From Anthoceros angustus (taxonomy: Eukaryota; Plantae; Anthocerotophyta): 64,000 bases of DNA. The position numbers and the translations under genes were made by a program. Positions 1 to 9,681 of this stretch are shown piece after piece (positions within the stretch are counted from its first letter, which is position 1; every line of letters starts with the position of its first letter). The stretch spans positions 310,001 to 374,000 of the forward strand of contig MU008183.1 of NCBI GenBank assembly GCA_010909165.1, written 5' to 3'. The notes beneath the pieces were generated by a model. That model ran no database searches. It was given only the letters and a program-made list of their open reading frames with translations, and was not told the origin of the DNA.

Positions 1-191
1 AGTTGAATCTCATAATCATTGATAAAGATGACTTGGTAGCAAGTTAAGGTCATTATCCTGCTATGTGGGTGCACTAAACTCCCTAGAGTGAGTTCTACCA
101 TACAAGATCTTTTGTGCTCTGTGATCATAATGGTAATGATAATGGCTTCAAACTTCTAATGCTCTAGCCTAAAAAATGAACACACTGTACG

Positions 192-875
192 AAAGAAATC
201 CAAAACTATTATTAAATATGAAAAAAAATCTCAAACTGTTCAAAAATATTTCGATTTGGTTGTGGCACGACAAAATTATTTTAGAGTTAAAGTGCATATT
301 ATAATGTTTAACTTGATGTATGTAAAATTTTATTTATGTATACATTATATATATGTATATTTCAATACATAGGTTAAATTTAAAGGATGATCGGTACGCA
401 TATTGTGTTATAGATTCCAGATGCATAGTCAGCAAAATTGATCCTAAAATATCCATTTTCACCCCACTTTTCACCCCACGAGTTGCGTAAGATCCACACA
501 TCCTTATCAAACCCTACTACTAACACAAAGATGAACACCTTTAAAGAAATCCAAAACTATTATTAAATATGAAAAAAATCTCAAACTGTTCAAAAATATT
601 TCGATTTGGTTGTGGCACGACAAAATTATTTTAGAGTTAAAGTGCATATTATAATGTTTAACTTGATGTATGTAAAATTTTATTTATGTATACATTATAT
701 ATATGTATATTTCAATACATAGGTTAAATTTAAAGGATGATCGATGCATATTGTGTTATAGATTCCAGATGCATAGTCAGCAAAATTGATCCTAAAATAT
801 CCATTTTCACCCCACTTTTCACCCCACGAGTTGCGTAAGATCCACACATCCTTATCAAACCCTACTACTAACACA
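192..875. repeat. Tandem duplication (~351-bp period) of the 3' end and downstream region of the protease gene
   Basis: 192-527 and 543-875 are near-identical, both starting aaagaaatccaaaac and ending ccttatcaaaccctactactaacaca. The left copy carries a detached copy of the last protease codons. Confidence 0.9.
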
Positions 876-2912
876 GCATGCAGAACACCTTCATCCCACT
901 TGCCAGAATAAGGTTTTTGAGCTTCATGATCCGGATGGTGCTCAAACTCATGAAATGAGTCAATCTTAATAGATACCACGACCGGTGTGTTCCTCACAAG
1001 CTCTTTCATATGTGGGATACTCACGTTGAAAAAGTTCATGAAATCAACTTTTTGTGTTAAGACATTGCGCGGGCCACGGGGATTTTGGTGACGGCCATCT
1101 GAATGATATGGACAATTCTTTGCCAAAATTACTCCATGTTCCTTTACATACTCCATTACATCGTGGTAAAATACTCCATATTTGCATGGTATGCTCACTT
1201 GTTCAGGGAGCTCTTCATTGAGAGCTACCAAATCCTCATGGAAAGGTGTGATGGTTTGCTGGATGTAGCTCCTAGGTTGCCAATGGTCGATGTAATCTTG
1301 CACTGAAAGTTCTAATGGAGGAGAACAATATTTAATAGATATAGCAGCACAAATAGCAGTCATGATTGCAACAACCACACATGTGTTGCAACAGCCCTGG
1401 TTAAGGACAGGAGGCAAAACGTTTATCTTTCTCCAATCCCATACATTCGTCTTTCTCCAATCCCAAATATTGTCATAAGGAGTATCCCAAACAGGGTCAT
1501 AATGAGTGCTTAGATTGCTTTCTTTGCTTCTCCTTTTGTGAAAGGCCTTTTGCCGTTCTCTTCGTGTCTTATCTCCTTGAGGAGTATCCCAAACATAGTC
1601 AAAAGGAGTCCTCTCCCCCCAAGGAGTATCCCATACCTCGTCAAAAGGAGTCCTCTTCCTCCAAGGAGTATCCCATACCTCGTCATAATGAGTTCTTCTT
1701 GGGTGATTACTTCCTTTGCTTTCTTTGCTTCTCATGTTGTGAAAAGCCTTATGCTGTTGGGGAACCGTGGCTTGTGTCTCTCTACGGCTGCCGCCGGTGG
1801 CTCTTGTGAATTTGTCAATGGCACTACGCCGTGTTTTCTCTCCTTGAGGAGCATTCCAAACATCATCATAGTGAGTATTTCCCCCCCAAGGAGTGTCCCG
1901 AACATGGTCACAAGGAGTCCTTACATTGCTTTTTTTGCTTCTTCTTCTTCCTGTCTCCTTAACATTGTCACAAGGAATCCTTGGATTGTTCTTTTTGCTT
2001 CTTTGTGTTCGTGTCTCCCGAACATTGTCACAATGAGTCCTTGGATTGTTGTTTTTGCTTCTTCTTCTTCCTGTCTCCTTAACATTGTCACAAGGAATCC
2101 TTGGATTGCTGTTTTTGCTTCTTTGTGTTCGTGTCTCCCGAACATTGTCACAATGAGTCCTTGGATTGCTGTTTTTGCTTCTTCTTCTTCCTGTCTCCTG
2201 AACATGGTCACAAGAAGTCCTTAGATTGCTTTTTTTGCTACTTCTTCTTCGTGTATCCTGAACCTCGTCACAAGGAGTCCTTAGATTGTCTTTTTTGCTT
2301 CTTCTTCCTCGTGTCTCCTGAACATCGTCACAAGGAGTCATTAGATTGTCTTTTTTGCTTCTTCTTCCTCGTGTCTCCTGAACATCGTCACAAGGAGTCA
2401 TTAGATTGTCTTTTTGCTTCTTCTTCCTCGTGTCTCGAACATCGTCACAAGGAGTCATTAGATTGTCTTTTTCTTCTTCCTCGTGTCTCCTGAACATCGT
2501 CACAAGGAGTCATTAGATTGTCTTTTTTGCTTCTTCTTCCTCGTGTCTCCTGAACATCGTCATAAGGAGTCATTAGATTGTCTTTTTTGCTTCTTCTTCC
2601 TCGTGTCTCCTGAACATCGTCACAAGGAGTCATTAGATTGTCTTTTTTGCTTCTTCTTCCTCGTGTCTCCTGAACATTGTCACAAGGAGTCATTAGATTG
2701 TCTTTTTTGCTTCTTCTTCCTCGTGTCTCGTGAACATCATCATAAGGAATCCTTAGATTGTTTTTTTTGCTTCTTTTTCTTCGTATCTCCCGTGGGAAAA
2801 ACAGAGGAGTATCCCGAACATCGTCACAAGGAGTCCTATCCCAAACAGAGTCAAAAGGAGTTCTCAGAGTGTGCCCCCGAAGAGTATGGTCATATGTTTG
2901 GATATTTTCCAT
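695..2912 (-). CDS. Papain-like (C1A) cysteine protease with long N-terminal tandem-repeat extension; frameshifts inside the repeat array
   Basis: ORF 695-2503 has DWR, QGCCNTC (catalytic Cys), LHAVLVVGF (His) and [19 protein letters not shown] (Asn). ORF 2445-2912 supplies the ATG and more copies of the same repeat. No signal peptide or I29 prodomain is visible. Confidence 0.85.
1900..2830 (-). repeat. 60-bp coding tandem repeat (peptide unit ~TPCDDVQETRGRRSKKDNLM), roughly 15 units
   Basis: Repeated tcgtcacaaggagtcattagattgtcttttttgcttcttcttcctcgtgtctcctgaaca on the + strand. Some units carry small deletions that shift the frame. Confidence 0.95.
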
Positions 2913-3234
2913 TGATATTCGCTAATAAAAATAGGATAAAGCTTCCACTTTAGCCAAGTTAAGGTATAGTATTGCCGCTCTTGAGGATTTATGCTAGAGC
3001 CATGGTGCTGACAATAATTTGCATCAGATCGTAACCCTGAAGGTCAGAGAGTACATGAAAGGATCTTAGCTCTCCGTTCAACTCCGTTCAACTCCTCGGA
3101 CACACACCCCATAATAACCTTAACTCAAAGCTCTCCTCATGTTTACTTCTCTCTCACACTCCATAATTAATGAGAGAATATATAAGGCCAAGCTTAACGA
3201 CTACGTTTTTTAGTTCATGTTATGGCGAGCAAAG

Positions 3235-3585
3235 TCTTATAAATAAGAGAGATTTCAAATAGGAAATTAGTACTACCTTCATCCAAATCAATTTTCTAGT
3301 TTATGTTAGCCCAGCAAAGTCTTATATATATGAGGGATTTCAAATAGGAAACTACTACTACCTTTATCCAAATCTCTTTTCTAGTTTGTATCAGCCAAGC
3401 AAGCTCGTATATATAAGAGAGATTAAAATAGGAAACCGCTACCTTTATCTAAATCTCTTTTGTAGTTTATACTACCTAAGCAAGCCCATATATATATAAG
3501 AGAGATATAAAATAGGAAACTGCTACCTTTATCTAAATCTCTTTTGTAGTTTATGCTTCATGAGCAAGCCCATATATATAAGAAA
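3235..3585. repeat. ~80-85-bp AT-rich tandem repeat, about 4 degenerate units, upstream of the protease
   Basis: Recurring ataagagagat..aaataggaaac..ctacctttatc.aaatctcttt..tagttt..gcaagc. Confidence 0.8.
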
Positions 3586-3771
3586 TATTTAGGGTTTAGG
3601 ATTCCAAAATAGAAATTGACATCTGGCTTTGATTTAGTTGTGCAAAAATAGCTTATCTCTATTATTTAGTAGTGCAAAAATAACTTATATCTATTCCTAG
3701 CTCACAACAAGTTTCAGGGTTGGTAGCGAGTTATGTGTCAGCATTGGTCACATGGGAAGGGCATATAAAAA

Positions 3772-3774
<3 letters not shown>

Positions 3775-3808
<34 letters not shown>
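3775..3808. repeat. (AT)n microsatellite
   Basis: Uninterrupted tatatata run. Confidence 0.95.
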
Positions 3809-3811
<3 letters not shown>

Positions 3812-4019
3812 TATAAGCACGACTAAACCAAAATCCTATACAAATATTCAATATTGTATCTATTAGAAAGAGCTAGTATTTGTTTTTTTGCAGTAATTTT
3901 ATCGCACCCGACAACTCATTTATATTGCTGAGGAATGGCGCCAACGACCGAGGGGAGGGGCGTGGAACAGCACTCAGGCGAGGTGCAGGTCGTGGAAGGC
4001 GCTGAACCCTATCTTGAAC

Positions 4020-5300
4020 GAGACCAAACGCCAGAGCTAGCTTCTAGGCATGCCCACAAAGCACATCTTCCTTTTCCTTCTCACACGCTGGCTTCAACAC
4101 CAACTTTGTGTGAGGTACGTGGCCTCCTTCCTGCTTCACGCGTGCATTCGTGCTCTCTACCTTGAGCGCAATATCCTCTCTCCGTTGTCCCACCAGAAAT
4201 GTACACACCTCCTTCTTTACCTCAATGGTCGCCACTGGTTAGCTCCTTCTGCCAGTCTCTGTGTTTCAATCTTGTCTACATCGGCCCACCTACCTGCATC
4301 TGCATAGGCATTGGCCATAAGCACATAGGCGGGTGGCTCCTGGGGGTCCAGCCTAACAATGCTTTCAAAACACCACATTGCCCTCTCTATATCCCCGTAA
4401 CTTTTGCAGGCACTCAACAAAGACGTCAAGCCCACAACCTTACTTTGGCCCTCGAATGATAACAACATCTTCTTTGCCTCATCTAAATGGCCAGCCCGTC
4501 CAAGAGGATCCATCATGCAGATATAATGCTCAACAATAGGTTTGATGCCATGCTGGAATCAGCCATGGAATCAAAGTGCTTGCGACCCTCGTGGACCAGT
4601 CCCTCTTTCCACAATCAGTAAGTGCAGCTGCCTGCCCTTCTGTAACGCACCAATGCTTCCACAGGCCTTCAGAAGGGAAGCACAAGTAACATCATCAGCC
4701 AAAATGAGGCCCTCTTGCCCTCAGGCCATTTGTTCACAGACAACAAGTGCCTCTGGCCGAGTCCTTGCTGTACATACCCAGCAATCAGGGCCATTCATGT
4801 CACCAAATTCTTTGTGTTCATGCGGTCAAAAAGCTAGCGTGCCTCTTTCAGCTCACCACAGTTTGCATACCGAGATATGAGGGCATTCTATGACACCACA
4901 TCCTTTTTTGCCAGGCTATCAAAAACATAGCGTGCATCTTTCCTTCGCCACATTTTGCATACATGTCCACCAGGCATTTGCCAACAAACAAGTCAGCAGG
5001 AGTGCCACTGTGCTCCACATCCTAGTGCATTTTTTTGCCAGATTCCAAGTCTACAGCTAATGTTCAAGCCTAAAGGGCAGCAACAAAGACGTGACCATTC
5101 GCCTTCACTCCTGACCTCCACATCTCATGGTAGAGCTGAATGGCCTCCTTAGGTTTCCCATGCTAAGCATATGCAGAGATTATGGAAACCCACATGAGGA
5201 CATTTGGTTTACCGACCCTGGTGAACACATTCATGGCCTCCTGCAGCCTACCTCTACATGCATACATGCGCAAGATATGGTTCCCCAAGTGTACACTTGA
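4020..5300 (-). pseudogene. PLS-class PPR-E-DYW:KP (U-to-C-type RNA editing factor) pseudogene, truncated at both ends
   Basis: PPR motifs (HLGNHILRMYA, LMWVSIISAYA, LVDMYAKCG, LGRAGHLDEAKK, SLLSACK, AYVLMANAYADAGRW) are followed by PVATIEV...GGHVPHTKLVLKP...LCGHA*KLALAFGL, matching the DYW:KP pattern. Many in-frame stops and frameshifts; no CxxC half of the deaminase. Confidence 0.85.
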
Positions 5301-5303
5301 CTG

Positions 5304-6087
5304 GCTCTTTTTATATTGTGATGAAGTTCCGCCTAGGTTTGGTCTAGCATTGCCTCCAGCTGTGGGGCCCCCTCGATGACTCAGGGTCCCACTTGGCTCG
5401 CTGTCCAATTGGAGGGATATCACTACACATAACGCTGTTCGCGATGTCATGTTCTCGATGGCCAACAAGAGCGGTGATTTTCCGTATAGAGAGTGTCCAT
5501 ATATCCTACGCAATAGTGTGTCGATCTATTTTTAGGTCGGGTGGACCAAATTTTTGTTGCGGATGTCGTCATAACGAACCCTACACGAAACTTTATTTGT
5601 GAACATGTCATTATCAACCCTCCGGGCTGGGCGGCAGAGGGATGCACGATTGCCAAGGTATACAAGTACACACCTTTGTAGGACGGCCACGCCTTCATTC
5701 CCTTTGCCGATGAGACTCACGGGGCTATGGGCAAAGATTTTTCCCGGCTCATTAAGGATTCTGCTAAAGCCTACCATAGTGGTCGGAACGGGGGTCTCCC
5801 TCTTTCCTCGGTGGTGACTTTGTGTCAACAGCAGGTATCCATCGCCCTGCAGGGGGCGCTAGCCCACGCTATTTACAAGACGGTAACGAGCACACGAGAT
5901 GTGGCATCATCGATACCCGCTGTAGATAGGCCTTTCCTCATCTCAGACCATGACATAATTGTGGCGATAGTAGCTTTGGGGCTAGCATTCTTCGTGGGGG
6001 CTAGCCCATGGCTCTTAGTCCCTTAGTGAGTTAGTCCCCCTCGGTTCGGGGTACATGGGTTTCATCTCTTCCTTTGAATAAAGTCTC
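5304..6087 (+). mobile_element. 5'-truncated CRE-type (RLE) non-LTR retrotransposon fragment
   Basis: HLARCP zinc knuckle, THNAVRDVMF, ADVVITNP, FIPFADETHGAMG, QQVSIALQ. Ends aataaagtctc and is homologous to 56940-57802. Confidence 0.85.
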
Positions 6088-6427
6088 CATTTTTGCCTAT
6101 GGATAGGATGGATAGGTGTGAAGATAACATCATCAACATCCATGCATCACATTTGAAGAAAACATCTCCACTGCCCATTGTACCAAAGAAGACCCGACCT
6201 TCGAGTAGGCCTCCATGTGCAGGGAAAACCGAGAAATCTCACACCAGGCACAAACTGTGTGCCACTGCCTGTAACACACTGTAGGTACATAACTCCGTTC
6301 AAGCCTTCAGGGGCGTTGGGGCCAAGCTTCAGCCCAGGCCTGGGATGTTGCAGTCAATGGAATGCGATCTTGGGCGGTATCGCAAACGAGGGAAGCAGTG
6401 ACATGGTCCCGAGCAGGAGGAGGAGCG

Positions 6428-9230
6428 ATGGCGGTGGCAGGGGGCGTTTTGGCCATGGAGGGCTGCGAGGTGCGAGTGTTCCGCGTGAGCGTGGATGTTC
6501 GCAGCTTCCGCGCGAGCGTCCGGTTGCCGGGCAGGGCTGTGAACGCCTTCGTGCGGGTGGTGCTGCCGCAGTCCATCGTGAAGCTGGCCATGGCCGCGCC
6601 CTACCCCGCCAATGCGGCCAAGCTCACGGCCCCGCTGCGCACGCATCCGCCGGTGCAGGTGGCCAAGGGCACCGAGATCGTCATCCCCAACGGGTGCGCA
6701 AATGCCATGCTGCATCCAGGATTTGGGCGCTTGTGGGTGTATGCAGATTGCCAAGAAGCCTGGTTCTGAGATCGTGGGCTGTGATGTCAGCTATGTCGCA
6801 CTGGAGTTTCCCGCCTCCCCTTCAGCGCTGTCTGCTGCACTCGCGGAGGATCCTCACATTTTTGCCCAAGTTCTCCACTCTGACAGGTACGTTGGTTGGG
6901 CGATTCACGCTGCCTGGAGGTGGCTGGAGCTCTGGTTTCTGACGTGGGTCGCATGCTGCAGATACATGGCCGACAGTGTGATAGGGGTGGCCTCCATACC
7001 CATGACACCCCTTATGAACGAATCACGACTAGATGGATATGCCCCTGTTTTGTCATCGTTGGATGGTGGTGGTGGAGCAAGGTCTCAAGGCCTGGTTGGT
7101 GGGGTTTGTTGCAGTCATCCCACATTCAGTGCCCACGGGATATCCATCGTGTTGGAGTTGGGGACTGAGTTTTGAGTTATGATGGCAGGTCAATATAGGC
7201 GCTGTGCGGGTGGTCTTGGCCCTGGAAGAGCTGGGGCCTGTCATGTCTGCCCCGAAAAAGCAGAGAAAGCATGCTGTGGAAGATGGAACCGTTCAGCGAG
7301 AACAGGAAGGGAAAGATGATGTTTTCACTTCTCACAATGGCGGTGGGTCTGGCACAAAGGCCTCACAAGGAGATCGTGAACCCAGGCCCCCCTTGGACCA
7401 GGAAGATGCTTCTCCAGGCCTGGAAAGAGATCTGAGACAGACTCTGGAGTACGAGATGGCTTGGGAGTTTGAGATGTGGAGGAGGGCGGAAGAAGCAAAG
7501 TGGCGAGCTGATTTGAAGGATCGCGAGATGGCAAGGATGGCTGCTCTCCAAGCTGAGTGGAAGAGCCGAGAACGAGCCCTTCTAGCTGAGATGGGAAGGA
7601 GCAGGAAGGAACAGGATGCTCTGGAGGCTAAGTTGAAGTGAGATCTCTTAGCGATGTTTTCAAACATGACTCTTTCTTTTCCAACTTGGTAAAGGTAAAG
7701 ACTAAGGAATGTTTGTATGTTGTCACCACACATTTCCTGCTTGTCCTTCGAGTAACAAGGGCATGCCGCATTGGGCAGGACGAAGTTGTTTGAGCTGGAG
7801 AAGATGCAGCGGAAGCTTGTGCGAGGGCAAGAGGCAGCCATGGTCAGGAAGGATACCCTTGAGCAAGAATATGCCCAACGAGTTACTGATGCAGAGGTCT
7901 GGGTTATCTGTCATGGATGAAAGTGTTCTTGTTATGAGCAACCAAGACCAGGACTGACCTGCAGCAGCTGGCAGGTTGCGGTGAAGAGGCTCCAATTTGA
8001 GTGTGAACATCGAGTGCAGCTTGAGCAGGGCAAGTACGCCTCACTGCTGGAACAGCATGCAGTTTTGGAGAAGAGACTAGGTGTTGTTAACAAGGCTCTT
8101 ACTGGACTGGAAAAGCAGTTTGCTGATTATAAGGCTGCTCAGCGGGGCACATGTGAAGCAGACTTGTGTGCCCAGGCTCTGGTCTCGAAGCAGCAGTCCA
8201 ATGATTTGAGTGCAAGATTGGAGGCAGCAGTGAGGTCTAAGGAGGAGTATAAGTCTCAGGTAGGCAGCTGGTGCATCTTCTTTGGTCTTGCACGTGCAGG
8301 TGGCTGGAAACTGGGCATTATCCATTGATTCTGTTGCCTTTTTGTATGAAGGTTCGGCGGATGGCGAAAGAGATGGCGAGCTTTTACCGTGAGCAGCTCA
8401 ATCTGAAGGATAACAAGTCCTCTACTTGTCCAACGTATGGTCTCACTCAGAAGCAAAAGCAAGAGCAGGATGTATACCATATGAAGGATCAGGTGCAGAG
8501 ACTACAGCTGTTTGAACAAACAGCCGTCACTGCAGCAACTGCTGCTGCTGCTGCAACGGCTGCTGTTTCGTTGCAGCTGTCTCCTCCGTTTAGGCACCGT
8601 GAAGCCGATGGTGCTCGGCCTCCCTTGTCCAAGAGAGGCAAGCTGGGCAAAGGTGAGGATCCAGGGAAGTTAGAAAGTGTTGCCCAGCAATCTGAGGATG
8701 TGGCATCTGGAATTCCACTGCCCAACTCTAGCCGTCTGGGTGAAGAGCCAACATTTGCCAGGCCAGCTGTTGTGGCGTCTGTAATTCCACCGCCCAACTC
8801 TAATCGTCTTGGTGAAGAGCCATCATTTGCAAGGCCAGCTAGACCAGCATTTGCAAAGCCAGCTATGGACAAGCCTCGGGTAGGCACACCCCAGGGGAAT
8901 ACGTCAGAGCACACGAAGCAGGCTGGGCTCGATAATACTGAAGAGGAGCCCAGGAGTCCTGAGACCCGGCAGCCCTTGCTGGAGATGGGCCAAAGCCGCA
9001 GAGAGCCAGGATCTGATGAGATGCAAGCCCGGAAGGTTGCCAGTCGCAGATTTAGCGATGTGGAAAATGACCTGATTGACGAAGAAGGGTCTGAGGCACC
9101 TCTCAAGGAGATGGAGATTCGCAGACTGAAAATGCAGAGGTCAGAGCTGCTTGATACTGGAGTGTACAGTGTATCTGACCCAATCGTCAGGGGCCTGGAT
9201 GCGGAAATCAGACGGTTGCAAGCTGGCTAG
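6428..9230 (+). CDS. CEP120: CEP120-like centriolar protein (one C2 domain, coiled coil, low-complexity tail), multi-exon
   Basis: C2-like VSVDVRSF...LRTHPPVQVAKGTEIVIPNG and LEYEMAWEFEMWRRAEEAKW...LQAEWKSRERA resemble the CEP120 C-terminal C2 domain and coiled coil. GT-AG introns link ORFs 6362, 7204, 7981 and 8271. Confidence 0.7.
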
Positions 9231-9681
9231 CATGGAAACATATCCCAGAAGAGCTAGAGAAGGACCCAAGGCGAGACCTGCCTTGAAGCTGTCGATAATC
9301 ACCAGTTATTCTCCAAACAATGATCAGTCTCTATCTTGTACCAGCAACCCAAGACTGTTACACGCATTGTGGCAGACACTCGTGTGAAGTCCTCCAGGAC
9401 GCACAAAGTCGGAGAGAATTGGATGCCGACAGAGCAGCCTCCCCAGCCTCAGCCTCACCCAAAGCGGGATCCTGAAGGAAGAGACGAAGGTGAGCATCCC
9501 CTGCTCAGGATTACGAACTAATTCAAAAACCCATAAGCAAATTTGCTGTGCGCATGTGATGAGCCCCTGGAGCTCTCAGCTCCGGATTCCAGGTCCACTA
9601 GCACACATCCGATTCCTTCAGAGTTCTGCTTGCGCTCTGCTGACCCCGGGCCGGGCCCCGCCCCGCACTGCACTTCGCTGA

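Noticed and set aside
1900-2830. Regular 60-bp repeats resembling a CRISPR array
   Set aside because: The units are contiguous with no unique spacers, encode an in-frame peptide repeat, and no cas genes are present in this eukaryotic context.
4790-5170. Idea that the CAG/TGG-derived stops in the PPR gene are repaired by U-to-C RNA editing
   Set aside because: That editing is organellar. This nuclear gene also has frameshifts, truncations and G-to-A-type stops that U-to-C editing cannot fix.
5163-5513. 116-aa minus-strand ORF as a gene
   Set aside because: It is a chimera of antisense CRE sequence and a PPR motif across the insertion junction near 5300.
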